A DNA stretch of 64,000 nucleotides from an uncultured Thermoplasmatales archaeon (GCA_964527715.1 CAZGOD010000004.1:11355-75354), one strand, 5' to 3'; shown: positions 11,601-24,955, counted from the stretch's first letter. Notes: generated by a model not told the origin, from the letters alone. Made by a program: numbers and translations.

Positions 11601-12060
11601 TTCAATGGTTTGGATTCTTGGAACAATGTACTTCGCAGGATATAGTTTAAACATGCTCACAATAACAGTTACAAGTCTCACAGTAGGTATCGGAATTGAT
11701 TATGCTATCCATGCTACGGAAAGATTCAAATTAGTAGCTGATAAAACTGGAGATATCGAGTTAGCAGTATGTGAGACTATATCTCAAACAGGTGGTGCAC
11801 TTCTTATCGCAGCATTGACAACAACACTTGGTTTCGCTGTTTTAATCTTCGCGCCAATACCCCCACAAGTACAGTTTGGGGTGATCTTAGCTATGACTAT
11901 AACCTATTCATTCATAACATCAGTACTGCTTTTACCATTGATTCTTGCAAAATGGGCTAAATGGAGGAAAAAAAGAAAAGGATTCATAATATCGCCAACC
12001 CGTGCAAAAAAAGAGGAACTAGAGGATTTTGATAATTGCAAATGTGAAGTTGAAAAATAA
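8698..12060 (+). CDS. MMPL/RND-superfamily exporter (two-repeat sterol-sensing-like transporter)
   Basis: 1120 aa with two 6-TM bundles, each preceded by a large ectodomain. The GLGVDYSVHL and GIGIDYAIH motifs are typical of MMPL/RND transmembrane domains. Confidence 0.75.
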   Translation: MLKKLGNIIEKRPWLVISVILLITLGFATLIPSIEMKTEFEDFMPEDETVEANMRIMEYFGESQQPMFLYVESQQATHTLSIEALKEQHYIINELIKMPEIESATDITFFIDQICQLEFGQKFRDCTDEQINIAIQDLLEEHNSKTIRILDVDDSNEKIEYNRYPGISKGKSIDELDIKNFDIGYDKKTINFSIEVYDLSSFESKIKSPINLVNVIEWYLDFDNLIKPDERLDISYKIAAHIEPKHAVWGVGDGILDNIKRNLLSLRNRELFNVYEKSVILWIKPPDQDMYFPITLETGEINFNIEENQIEISVSKDDLANYGVAPCFGVYELPAKLSNFKAGTRFYQTPFIRLPWFRVEFNTSYLINNLEKIINRPLLGGIAGRLLNSFAGLSWQDFDEFFGTIDENMPLPDRIALKDIESSWIDVDVAPNSDFASNVLFIKPSLYDDLQLGAKGFLSKDYTRPVASLIILNLNLTGSYEETLESTREILKSLEKIDSTNNFISVEATGDSVISVQIDEVTTEANMIIMPMIFIVIITILFVFFRRPSYIALPLLALVVSTIWLFGTMVLLDKPFTTIAVALVPIIMGLGVDYSVHLSHNYRTELSKGRTPGEAIKKSVLEIGTAMFLAMLTTVIAFLSFLSASLPPIRDFGLLLALGIFYTFITAITFQAAIRYVVDRKKKEYKTGKKKSIKLDVLMGKLSKIILCHQKKILALILLITLVSAIGASQIKTGFDFESFVPEDNPAIELFGKIEENFPFSGQNQEYILLEGSVATVDSLEGIIRTHDNLEDDTYVGRNVDGSAKTSSMYTIINQAVKNNATLIDEFNLDRTTGIPRTDQDVEHLFDYLYESEEYGILVRNTLHRTNGEYDACLIRIFIDMAAENIETEDLGEDLELLTEEFTDDIENYGDVEAIVTGQFVITHRITNSLTESQIISTAISLVLATIVLIIAYRKPTLGLIVIIPVMISMVWILGTMYFAGYSLNMLTITVTSLTVGIGIDYAIHATERFKLVADKTGDIELAVCETISQTGGALLIAALTTTLGFAVLIFAPIPPQVQFGVILAMTITYSFITSVLLLPLILAKWAKWRKKRKGFIISPTRAKKEELEDFDNCKCEVEK

Positions 12061-12166
12061 AAACAAGTTTTCCTCATTAATTTTCTATTAACAAGTGTAT
12101 AGTTAGCATACCAAATATTTATTTATTATATCTTAATTCGGGTTACGTACCCCGAGGGGTGTTTAA

Positions 12167-15721
<3,555 letters not shown>

Positions 15722-15806
15722 TCAACCTGCTTTTCTTTCTTTATAATCTTTTTGCATAAGACTATTTTTACCTAAATGTATTACCAGTTATTGTGGTGCA
15801 TTTTTA

Positions 15807-17183
15807 GTGTTAAAACGAGCGAAAGAGATAGGCAGTTTAATTAAAAATTCTAAACAAGTCCATATAGTTACACATATCGATGCAGATGGTATCACCGCAG
15901 GTTCTATAGCACATCTAACATTAAAACGATTAGGAATAGAGCGCTCTATAGAGTTTGTCAAACAGCTTGATAAAAAGGTTTTAGAAAGATTAGAAAATGA
16001 AAACCATGAGCTTGTATGGTTCACAGATCTTGGCAGTAGCATAAGTGTAGACCATCCTAAAATAAACAAAGTGATCACAGACCATCATTCATGCCCAGAT
16101 AACTCTGATAAATCTTTTCATTTAAACCCGCATCTTTTTGGTTTAGACGGTGGCGTTCAGATAAGTGGAGCAGGTGCAACTTATCTGGTTTCAAAATCCA
16201 TTGATAAAAATAACATGGACTTATCTCATCTAGCTATTGTTGGTGCTTGTGGGGATTTACAGGATAAAAAATATGGTAAACTCTTTGGCATGAATAGAAT
16301 ACTTATCAATGATGGGGAAAAAAGTGGTGTTATCAGAGCAATAATTGATATTCGTTATTTTGGTAGAGAAACAAGACCTGTTTACAAGTTGTTACAATAT
16401 TCAAGTGATCCACTATTACCCGGTTTAAGTGGACGTGAAACAGCATGTATCACGTTTCTACAAGAACTAGGTATAAAAATGAAAGATGGAGATAATTGGA
16501 GGAAATGGATAGATCTTAACAAAGATGAGAGAACTAAGATTATATCAAACATCGCACAGTTGCTACTAATGAAAGGCTTTGGCCATAGTTTAACTCGGAG
16601 AATAGTTGGGGAAGTATATTTCTTAGAAAGAGAAAAAATAGGAACTGAACTACACGATGCTAAAGAATATGCGACTCTTTTGAATTCTACTGCCCGGTAT
16701 GGTCAACATGAAGCAGGGCTTAAAGTCTGCCTTGGTGATCGGGATAAATGGTTAAAGAAAGCTCAAAACCTGTTAAGAGGGCATAGGCATAACTTAGTGG
16801 AAGGATTACAATTTGCGAGGGAAGAAGGCATAGTTGAAAGAGGATATTTACAGTTTTTCCACGCGAAAGATGGCATAAGAGATACAATTGTTGGAATCGT
16901 GGCAAACATGTTACTTAACTCTGAAGATACAAGTAATGATTTACCATTAATAGGTTTCGCTAACAAAGCAGAGGGGGAGGTTAAAGCATCTGCTCGTGGA
17001 ACACAGGAACTAGTGGAAAAAGGATTAAATTTATCTATGGCAATGAGGAAAGCTGCTTCTGCTCTTGATGGCATAGGTGGTGGTCATAACATTGCAGCTG
17101 GTGCCACTATTCCAAAGGGGAAAGAAGAAGAATTTTTAGAACTACTAGAAAAAGAAATTAAAAGCCAGCTTTCACCAGCTTAA
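15807..17183 (+). CDS. DHH/DHHA1 phosphoesterase, archaeal RecJ/Cdc45-like (GAN-type) nuclease
   Basis: HIVTHIDADGITAGSIA is DHH motif I, DHH is motif III, and GGGHNIAAGATIP is the DHHA1 motif. The apparent start codon is GTG. Confidence 0.75.
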   Translation: MLKRAKEIGSLIKNSKQVHIVTHIDADGITAGSIAHLTLKRLGIERSIEFVKQLDKKVLERLENENHELVWFTDLGSSISVDHPKINKVITDHHSCPDNSDKSFHLNPHLFGLDGGVQISGAGATYLVSKSIDKNNMDLSHLAIVGACGDLQDKKYGKLFGMNRILINDGEKSGVIRAIIDIRYFGRETRPVYKLLQYSSDPLLPGLSGRETACITFLQELGIKMKDGDNWRKWIDLNKDERTKIISNIAQLLLMKGFGHSLTRRIVGEVYFLEREKIGTELHDAKEYATLLNSTARYGQHEAGLKVCLGDRDKWLKKAQNLLRGHRHNLVEGLQFAREEGIVERGYLQFFHAKDGIRDTIVGIVANMLLNSEDTSNDLPLIGFANKAEGEVKASARGTQELVEKGLNLSMAMRKAASALDGIGGGHNIAAGATIPKGKEEEFLELLEKEIKSQLSPA

Positions 17184-18580
17184 GACGTCTTAAGAATTTC
17201 TACAATCTCTACTTCAAAAATCAATGATTCTCCAGCTAGTTCATGTATGCTAAGACCCTGTTTATCAAGATCCGGACTAAGAAGTAACTGCTGATACTGA
17301 ATAGTGTCATATTCCGAGGGTATATCCCTATAGATTCTAGGCATAGTAAAAGATCTATTGAAAGATATCGTCCTATTGAATTCCATGTAGAAAACCTGAC
17401 CATAATATTCATATGACATGTTTATGTGAGTTTCAGTAACATCATAAACAACATATGTCAAATTGAAACCAAGATACGTTGGATACTCATATTGTGATCC
17501 AATCGCTGGATCGCTTGTTAAAGTTATCAATGTCTCATTCCATTCAGCAGTTGTTGCATCTGGTAATATAACTCCATTTCGATTTCCTAAAGTGAAGGGG
17601 TAGAATTCTTCATATAGATTTTCACTTTTTGTAGGAGTAGTAAACACTGTTACTTCTTCATCTGAAATGGTAGTTATTTGTGTAGAGTTTTCCCATATGT
17701 AACAAACAGGTGGATAGATAGCTACCTCCTCAGGATCAGTGCTTCTGAGATCGTTTACAATATACAGAGGCATAGTGAAGTTACCAAAATCTTCTAAGTT
17801 TATCCATTTTAATGTAAGGTTTTCATCTGTGTATTCTAATACTTCTACTGTTTGATTCAGACCACCTGCTAGGCCAGTTGCCCAAAAGATGTCACCCACC
17901 TCAAGTTTAGTTCCATATGCCTTCTCAGGAGGTATCGGTCCAATAGTTCTCCTCTGCTTTTGTTCCAATCCAAGGAGTCCCTCTACAAAGCCAGTAATAC
18001 CTGTTACGTAACCAGATGGTGGCTCTGCGTTTTCATCAAGACTAACATAGATCGAAACAGGTGTTCCACCAGTTTTGTTTTCTACATCAGAATAAGAGGA
18101 TTCGTAAAACGTTTTATTGTTGTCACCTTCATAGATGTAGAGAATATAATGTACATCAACGCTGTCTCCCAGTTCTATCATTTTTCCCTCTACAGTGATA
18201 TAAACCCGGGCGCTTGAAGTCCTGTTATGTTCATCTATTATACTATAAACAAAGGAATCAGAACCTGTAAAGTTAACATCAGGTGCATAACTAATTGTAC
18301 TTCCCTCAAATGAAACGGTACCATGCGATGGCTGTGTCACATCATATATCATAATATAATCGGCACTTGGCCATATATCATTTGATAAAACATTTACAAC
18401 ATTAAATGAGGAATTCTTGTAATACACAAAGGTATCATCTTTCGCTAAAAACTCTCCAAGAGCATCCTCGTCATTAAGAATATCAAGAATATCATCACCA
18501 TATGTTACCCATAAATAAACTGATAACGTTCCAGCAATTATAAGCGCTAAACCTATTGCAGCTATTTTTTCGTTTTTCAT
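17180..18580 (-). CDS. Secreted/anchored surface protein with an N-terminal cadherin-like (Big_9-type) domain, an FKBP-like PPIase domain and many N-glycosylation sequons
   Basis: N-terminal TM anchor. VVNVLSNDIWPSADYIMIYDVTQPSHGTVSFEGSTISYAPDVNFTGSDSFVYSIIDEHN is the cadherin-like repeat signature. GITGFVEGLLGLEQKQRRTIGPIPPEKAYGT is the FKBP signature. At least 14 N-x-S/T sequons. Confidence 0.55.
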   Translation of the reverse strand: MKNEKIAAIGLALIIAGTLSVYLWVTYGDDILDILNDEDALGEFLAKDDTFVYYKNSSFNVVNVLSNDIWPSADYIMIYDVTQPSHGTVSFEGSTISYAPDVNFTGSDSFVYSIIDEHNRTSSARVYITVEGKMIELGDSVDVHYILYIYEGDNNKTFYESSYSDVENKTGGTPVSIYVSLDENAEPPSGYVTGITGFVEGLLGLEQKQRRTIGPIPPEKAYGTKLEVGDIFWATGLAGGLNQTVEVLEYTDENLTLKWINLEDFGNFTMPLYIVNDLRSTDPEEVAIYPPVCYIWENSTQITTISDEEVTVFTTPTKSENLYEEFYPFTLGNRNGVILPDATTAEWNETLITLTSDPAIGSQYEYPTYLGFNLTYVVYDVTETHINMSYEYYGQVFYMEFNRTISFNRSFTMPRIYRDIPSEYDTIQYQQLLLSPDLDKQGLSIHELAGESLIFEVEIVEILKTS

Positions 18581-18632
18581 ATGAGGGAGCTGAATGGGAT
18601 AGTAATATATTAACCTAATCTTATTGTTCTAA

Positions 18633-19481
18633 TCATACTTCGCCTATTAGATGTCTGATAATTTTAGCAGCTAAAATCGCTGTTTCACCATGGTCATATG
18701 GTGGACATACTTCAACAAGATCAAATCCAACTAGTTGAGAAGAAAAGTTTTCTATTACTTCGATGACATCAAATGGGGTAAGCCCAAAAGGCTCTGGCGT
18801 GCTTACAGCAGGTGCATATGCTAAGTCCAAGACGTCCATATCTAATGAGAGATAAATTTTTTTGTTTTTTAAACGTGTTTTTATCTCTTTTATCGTCTTT
18901 TTAATACCGTCGTCCTTAACATTGAAAGAATCGATATAGAAAAGCCCCTTGTTTTTTGCATCTTCAAATTCTTCTTTTTCTGCTGATCTAACACCTAAAA
19001 CGGTTATGTTATCTATGTCGATTATATCTGATATTCGTTTTACAACACAAGCATGGTTATATGGTTCATTTTCGTATTCATTTCTAAAATCCATATGAGC
19101 ATCAAGTAATAAAACAGCAATATCACCTGGGAATGCTCTGATAACCCCAGGGGTTATGGAATGTTCACCACCAACCGCTATAGGAAACTTGTTTTTTTCA
19201 ATTAAAGAAGAAACAAACTCGTGTACTTTTTCAACCATTACTTTAGGCGAATCATTTAACACATCCAAATCACCATAATCATGGAATTTGATGTCTCTTA
19301 GATCAACTCCATTTTTTATGTTAAATGTTTCAAAATTCCAACTGGCCATACGGATCTCTTTAGGACCTTTAGATGCACCAGGTCTAAACGACGAGGTTTT
19401 ATCATATGGTACGCCAAATATTACAAAATCTGAATCTTCAAGACGGCTTTCTGCATCAGCAAAATAATTTGGGAATTTCAT
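18633..19481 (-). CDS. speB: Agmatinase (ureohydrolase/arginase family)
   Basis: GGEHSITPG, LLLDAHMDFR and SLDMDVLD are the Mn-binding motifs of the arginase/agmatinase fold. 282 aa. Confidence 0.8.
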   Translation of the reverse strand: MKFPNYFADAESRLEDSDFVIFGVPYDKTSSFRPGASKGPKEIRMASWNFETFNIKNGVDLRDIKFHDYGDLDVLNDSPKVMVEKVHEFVSSLIEKNKFPIAVGGEHSITPGVIRAFPGDIAVLLLDAHMDFRNEYENEPYNHACVVKRISDIIDIDNITVLGVRSAEKEEFEDAKNKGLFYIDSFNVKDDGIKKTIKEIKTRLKNKKIYLSLDMDVLDLAYAPAVSTPEPFGLTPFDVIEVIENFSSQLVGFDLVEVCPPYDHGETAILAAKIIRHLIGEV

Positions 19482-19610
19482 ATAGACAAGGAGTTATAAC
19501 AGGAAGAGTTTTATTTCTTTCTATATTAAGAGAAGAGTTAACATGATTTTCACTAATGTTAAAAAAACAAAATATAAGTCTTAGCATATACTATAGATTA
19601 TTGAAAAAAT

Positions 19611-20582
19611 ATGATACGCGAAAAACATCGGAACACGTTTGATTTATCTATATTTAGACGGAAGATCTATGAGTATATACGGACTTCCAGATTATCAGCA
19701 TGGTTAATGGCCTCAATTCCTTTTCTTTTAGGAGAATGGTTTTCTATCGGAAAATTTCCATTGTATACCTCGATTATAACATTAATTGCTATTGGATGCC
19801 TTCAATCAGCTGGATCATGGTTGAATTTTGTATTTGACCGTGAATTAGATAAACTTGCAGGAGACGACATAAGCTTTTTTGATTATATTTCTCCTCAAGA
19901 GATGGCTCTTTCGTCATTTATTCTTTCTATTATTGGTTTAGTAATAATGGTCTACATAGGACTAACTATGTTGCTACTAGGCTTATTAATTTTTATGTTC
20001 TGGGTTCTATATGTCACTCCACCCGTTAGGTTAAAAACAAGACCACCGTTTGATAGTATTTTTAATGCATTTGTATTTGCGCTTCTACCTTTTTGGATGG
20101 GCTGGACCATTACAGATCAGCTATTAACACCACTTGCTATTATTTATGGACTTACATTTGGCTTGATAGTTGTATCCTATTATATTCTACTTAGTAGCTT
20201 AGATATTGAAACGGATAAAAAATATGGAATTGAAACCTCATGTACTAAGCTAGGGTTTAAAGGTTCCATCAACATGAGTATAATCCTATACCTATTATCT
20301 CTGTTGCTTGCTTTATATTTATTTGGTATGGATTCGTTTGTTACTATTTCTTTTTTGATTTGTTTACCTTTATTTTTAGTTACAAGAATCAAATATGATA
20401 AAGCTACTCTGGGAATATTGATAGCTAGCATTTCTTTTGTTCTGATGGAATCTCTACTTATATCTATGTTTGTTATCTCTTTATCAATAACTCCTTTTGT
20501 TTTATTTATATTGAATCTATTAGTTACATTGTATTTCATTTTTGTTTATATAAAAATAATTAGGGATGGGTTACAGTTATAG
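19611..20582 (+). CDS. UbiA-family prenyltransferase (digeranylgeranylglyceryl-phosphate synthase-like)
   Basis: Polytopic, with a NFVFDRELDKLAGDD Asp-rich motif (N/DxxxDxxxD) and a second D-rich loop. Confidence 0.7.
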   Translation: MIREKHRNTFDLSIFRRKIYEYIRTSRLSAWLMASIPFLLGEWFSIGKFPLYTSIITLIAIGCLQSAGSWLNFVFDRELDKLAGDDISFFDYISPQEMALSSFILSIIGLVIMVYIGLTMLLLGLLIFMFWVLYVTPPVRLKTRPPFDSIFNAFVFALLPFWMGWTITDQLLTPLAIIYGLTFGLIVVSYYILLSSLDIETDKKYGIETSCTKLGFKGSINMSIILYLLSLLLALYLFGMDSFVTISFLICLPLFLVTRIKYDKATLGILIASISFVLMESLLISMFVISLSITPFVLFILNLLVTLYFIFVYIKIIRDGLQL

Positions 20583-21010
20583 ATCAAGAATTAATAATTT
20601 AACAAAAAAAATGAAGGGAGTATAACCCAACATGCCTCCGGCTAGGTAAATCGTTCTATGCGAGCTACTTCTTTTTCTTTTTAGATGCTGACTCTACTAC
20701 AAGGCCAACAGTCCAAGGGCAAACGGTCTTCATTAGCAAAACCGTACTTAGGATTGCATATGATTTCATCATTTTATTTATCACCAAGTATTTTTATTGG
20801 AATTCATATAATATTAATCTTGTGTTATTTTTCTCACAAAAATCTGCCAACATTTGTTATAATAATAACAGAGCGCTATTATTTCTCACATTTATTAAAA
20901 ATATGACAAATTATAACAGAAAATTAAAAAAATGAGTAAATAGATAAATTTTTATTTGAATTATTAACTATTTTTATATACCGAAAAACACATCAGCAAC
21001 TTCAACCACG

Positions 21011-22813
21011 ATGATACTAAAATCCTCCCCAAAAATTTACAACAACTATAAATGTAACTTTCCAGAAAACACTATAGATATAATCGGAAATGGCTTCAAA
21101 AAAATTGGGTTAAGTCTAAATTACAAACAACAAGAAATAAAAACGGAAAAATATTCGAGTTACTCTGGGGTATTACTAGAAGAAAATATGGGATTTTCAA
21201 CATTTGGTAAAGGTCTTTCCCCTATTTTATCCAAAGCCAGCGCCTATGCTGAAATGGCTGAAAGATTTTCCACCGGATTTTTTACTCTCCATCATTACGA
21301 TGACCTTAAAAACATAGACCGATACAATGAATTACTAAAAGACGTTGTTGAAAGAAAATTTCTGAGAGGGTGGAAAAAGAATAGAAATTCTGATTTAACA
21401 AATTTCACAAATATTAGCCGATATTTTCAAAACAAGATATCAAAAGATGAATACAGCATGTGGAAAAATCAGGGATTATTTGACACTCTAGTAGACAGCT
21501 ATTCATTAGTTAAAAAAAACTATTTGAAATTACCAATAAAATTTCTTGACATTGTAAGTGGCTCCACGGGTCTTGCTTCAGGCAATACCCTCGAAGAGGC
21601 TATAACTCAAGGTACATGTGAGATATTTGAAAGATCTGCAGCCTCTAAGATCGTATTTGAAAAAATTGAATGTCCCACCATTGAGATAACTACTATCAGA
21701 GATGATAGAATTCAAAAATTTGTTGAAATGTTTAACTCCATGAATTTCGATGTGATAATAAAGGATTTCACATTAAATAATACATTACCAGTTGTAGCCG
21801 TTTTATTTATTAATCACAACATAGAGGATGATGATAACCAGTTCAAAATAGATCGCTATTACAAGATGATAGATGTTGGATCACATATAAATTTAAACGA
21901 GGCAGTACTAAGATGTTTCGTTGAACGTTTACAAGAATTAACTAAAGAAGAATTCATGCATCGAAAGAAAGCAGATACATTATACAATTTTTGGACAAAA
22001 GAATTAAGTAAACAATACAAAAAAAACGAAGAAGCAACTTTAGATATTTTTGCAAATTATGATTATGCTGGAGATCTCTCATTTTTAGAAGAAGGAAAAA
22101 TGATCCCTTTCAATGAATTAGTAAGTGTAAATAGTTCGGATAATCTTGATGATTGTAAAACATTAACGGATATATGTAAAAGAAATAACTGGGATTTACA
22201 AATTATAGATTTTACTCATAAAATTTTGAAATTTCCTACAGTCAGAGTTGTTATCCCACGGCTTTCAACAGATTATGAACCACTGATGAGGAAATTATTA
22301 AGAATAAAAAATCATGAAGAAAAGTTCAATTTTTTCTACAGAATCAAAGATTTCTATAAGTATATAGCTGACGATAACTGGATTAATAACAAAGAAAAGA
22401 TAAGCACATTAATTAACAACATAGAAGAATCATTATCAATGGATTTATACGCTTTTCATTTTTGTTTAATGAGAGGAAATTTTCAACAGTTTGTTAATTT
22501 ATTCAATATTTTAGCTTTTTCGAATATGGCAATTGAAAAATACGAAAATGCAAAAAAATATTTCAAAATTATGCTAGAACTGAAATATATCCCTGCATTT
22601 TTTTCAACTTATTTTAACAAATTACTTAACCCGGGATACAACCCCTCGCTTCATTCAGATTACATAAAAAATATAGATACTGGATTGGAAAATAATAATA
22701 TGCCAAGGTTTAATTACAAATGTAACCCCTTTAAACCAGAATTATACTTGGAGGGCTTAGAACAAAAATTTGTTAATTTGCTGAAGAATATCAATAAAAG
22801 TTTTCTAAATTAA
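21011..22813 (+). CDS. ycaO: YcaO-domain protein, stand-alone E. coli-type with a C-terminal helical/TPR-like extension
   Basis: FGKGLSPILSKASAYAEMAERFST, STGLASGNTLEEAITQGTCEIFERSA (ATP-binding) and FPTVRVVIPRLS are the canonical YcaO motifs. About 200 aa of C-terminal extension. No TfuA or cyclodehydratase partner adjacent. Confidence 0.8.
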   Translation: MILKSSPKIYNNYKCNFPENTIDIIGNGFKKIGLSLNYKQQEIKTEKYSSYSGVLLEENMGFSTFGKGLSPILSKASAYAEMAERFSTGFFTLHHYDDLKNIDRYNELLKDVVERKFLRGWKKNRNSDLTNFTNISRYFQNKISKDEYSMWKNQGLFDTLVDSYSLVKKNYLKLPIKFLDIVSGSTGLASGNTLEEAITQGTCEIFERSAASKIVFEKIECPTIEITTIRDDRIQKFVEMFNSMNFDVIIKDFTLNNTLPVVAVLFINHNIEDDDNQFKIDRYYKMIDVGSHINLNEAVLRCFVERLQELTKEEFMHRKKADTLYNFWTKELSKQYKKNEEATLDIFANYDYAGDLSFLEEGKMIPFNELVSVNSSDNLDDCKTLTDICKRNNWDLQIIDFTHKILKFPTVRVVIPRLSTDYEPLMRKLLRIKNHEEKFNFFYRIKDFYKYIADDNWINNKEKISTLINNIEESLSMDLYAFHFCLMRGNFQQFVNLFNILAFSNMAIEKYENAKKYFKIMLELKYIPAFFSTYFNKLLNPGYNPSLHSDYIKNIDTGLENNNMPRFNYKCNPFKPELYLEGLEQKFVNLLKNINKSFLN

Positions 22814-22842
22814 AGAAAAAAACAATCATTAGGAAAATTAGT

Positions 22843-24156
22843 TTAACTTTGATATCTTAATAGCCTCAGATATAGATTCTGTGATGCTGTTTCCGTAGTA
22901 GGACGAAATCCTAGTCTTATACTTTTTGTAATTCTTCTAATGCTTTTTGAGGTGCTATGTAACTTTTTATAAAGTTCTCTAGTTTTTGTTAATAAATCAT
23001 CTGGTGTCATATGTTTGGGTTTGAACACTACATTTTCATAATTATATTTGTTCCAATCTCTAGTTAAAATTCTATCTTCTTTGTCCAATCTGTCAAATAA
23101 AGGTGTACCCGGATGAGGTGTTAATATCATAGCATCAGGAGCATCTATGTCGCTCATTTCTACAAATTTATATGTTGTCTCGAAGATATCTTTTGTATCA
23201 CCATCGAAACCAAAAACAAATGAGCCTAGTATTATCATTCCATGATCATGTATTTTTTTTACTGAGGAGAGATATGTTCGTACTTTGTTTGTTTTTTTAC
23301 CGATCATGTCAAGTGATTCCTGAGACATTGACTCAAAGCCTATTAGCCACCCTACGCAACCTGCCTCACTAGCTAATTTTAAAAATTCTTCATCATTGCC
23401 TAGGACGTTGATATTTCCAAATGCATAGAATTTTTTACCTATCTCTTTCATCTCTTTGAACAGTTTTTTTGAATAGTCTGGGTTGATTGTCATAGAGTTA
23501 TCATGGAAATTAAAGACTTTACCAGGTACTTCTTTGATTTCTTTAATTACTTCATCAATTGGTCTCATTCTGAAAATATTTCTAAATTTCATGTTTGTAA
23601 TCGCGCAGAATTCGCAGCCATATGGACATCCTCGGGTGGCTTGTACTCCAAGAAGCGGGCCTTTAGGATATAAGTTAAGTGGATGAGGTATAAATTTTGG
23701 ATCTACAGATCTTGTTGGATAATAAAATGGTTTAGGTTTACTCATTTCTACATCTTTTAATAGTTGTGGCCATATCTCTTCAGCTTCTCCTATAACTACG
23801 CTGTTTGCATGTTGTTTTGCTTCTTCAGGTAGAGCAGATGGATGCCAACCTCCAAGAACAACGAATTGACCTCGACGTCTGAATTCATCTGCTATTTCAT
23901 ATGCCCATAACGCATAGCGGGTATGGACGGTTATGCCAACTAAGTCATATTTTTCATCAAAATTGATATCTCCAGCGCCACCTTCTATCATTTCTACAGA
24001 ATGCTCTTTAGGTGTTAACGCTGCTAATATTGGAAGAGTCAAAGGCTTAGGATATGAAAAGAATTTTGATAAAAATCTATGTAAAGTACTTCTATCTGGA
24101 TCATATTCCTCAAAAGTTAAATTTGGTGGTCGAGGCCAGATCAATAGTATTCTCAT
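22843..24156 (-). CDS. B12-binding-domain radical SAM enzyme (class B rSAM)
   Basis: N-terminal cobalamin-binding fold (DLVGITVHTRYALWAYEIADEFRRRGQFVVLGGWHPSALPEEA) followed by a QATRGCPYGCEFCA CxxxCxxC rSAM cluster. Confidence 0.8.
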   Translation of the reverse strand: MRILLIWPRPPNLTFEEYDPDRSTLHRFLSKFFSYPKPLTLPILAALTPKEHSVEMIEGGAGDINFDEKYDLVGITVHTRYALWAYEIADEFRRRGQFVVLGGWHPSALPEEAKQHANSVVIGEAEEIWPQLLKDVEMSKPKPFYYPTRSVDPKFIPHPLNLYPKGPLLGVQATRGCPYGCEFCAITNMKFRNIFRMRPIDEVIKEIKEVPGKVFNFHDNSMTINPDYSKKLFKEMKEIGKKFYAFGNINVLGNDEEFLKLASEAGCVGWLIGFESMSQESLDMIGKKTNKVRTYLSSVKKIHDHGMIILGSFVFGFDGDTKDIFETTYKFVEMSDIDAPDAMILTPHPGTPLFDRLDKEDRILTRDWNKYNYENVVFKPKHMTPDDLLTKTRELYKKLHSTSKSIRRITKSIRLGFRPTTETASQNLYLRLLRYQS

Positions 24157-24252
24157 ATAGCATAGTGTTAATCAAACTATTATATAAGTCTTTTTGAAAA
24201 AATAAAAAAAATTTAGCAGCAATGTTAATAACTCAATTAGGAATTAAACAAT

Positions 24253-24858
24253 ATGCTTTCCTATAATATTAGAGAAGCAAGGGAAGAAGACATAAATGAA
24301 ATTGTTGAGTTAGTTTTGATTTGTTTCTCAAAAAAATTCAAAGTAATTTTTAGTTCAAAAATTAATAAGGGAAGACTTGCATTAATTGAAGATTTTAAAA
24401 ATAGAAAAATCATAGAAGGCACATTTGTTGCAGTTAACAACGGAAAAATCATAGGTGCTTTTTCTTTTTTTATCAAAGAATTACAATATGACTGGTTTTC
24501 CACGATGCAGACTTACATTAAATACTTCGGAGTATATCGAGGTATGAAATCTATCATAATAGGTGGTTTGCTCCCATTTAACATTAAAAATGAAGCATGT
24601 TTCATGGATTATATAGGCGTTCTACCTGAATTTCGCGGGCATGGGGTAGCTAAGAAATTAATTAAACATGGAGAAAAACTTTTAGCTGAAAAAGATAAGA
24701 AATACCTTTTTGGTTTCGTCAGCTCGTTGAATCATGCATCGAGAAAACTATTTGTTGAGCTTGATTACACAGAGAAAAAAGCAAGAAAAAGCATTACTGG
24801 TAGACTTTTCTTTAAAGATCCTAACTGGATACGCCTTGAAAAAAATATAAATCAATAA
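24253..24858 (+). CDS. GNAT-family N-acetyltransferase
   Basis: IREAREEDINEIVEL start, and an acetyl-CoA binding region around GVLPEFRGHGVAKKLIKHGEKL (Q/RxxGxG/A motif). Confidence 0.65.
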   Translation: MLSYNIREAREEDINEIVELVLICFSKKFKVIFSSKINKGRLALIEDFKNRKIIEGTFVAVNNGKIIGAFSFFIKELQYDWFSTMQTYIKYFGVYRGMKSIIIGGLLPFNIKNEACFMDYIGVLPEFRGHGVAKKLIKHGEKLLAEKDKKYLFGFVSSLNHASRKLFVELDYTEKKARKSITGRLFFKDPNWIRLEKNINQ

Positions 24859-24955
24859 TTCCCCCTATACTAAATTATAAGATATAGAAATATTAGCAAA
24901 TTATTAGTAAATTATATATATAATAAAGCCGAATAATGTAACCAACTGGGTTGAT

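Noticed and set aside
20685-20906. 73-aa plus-strand ORF upstream of ycaO
   Set aside because: Hydrophobic and low-complexity, as expected from translating AT-rich noncoding DNA. No start context. Kept only as part of the unexplained-spacer finding.
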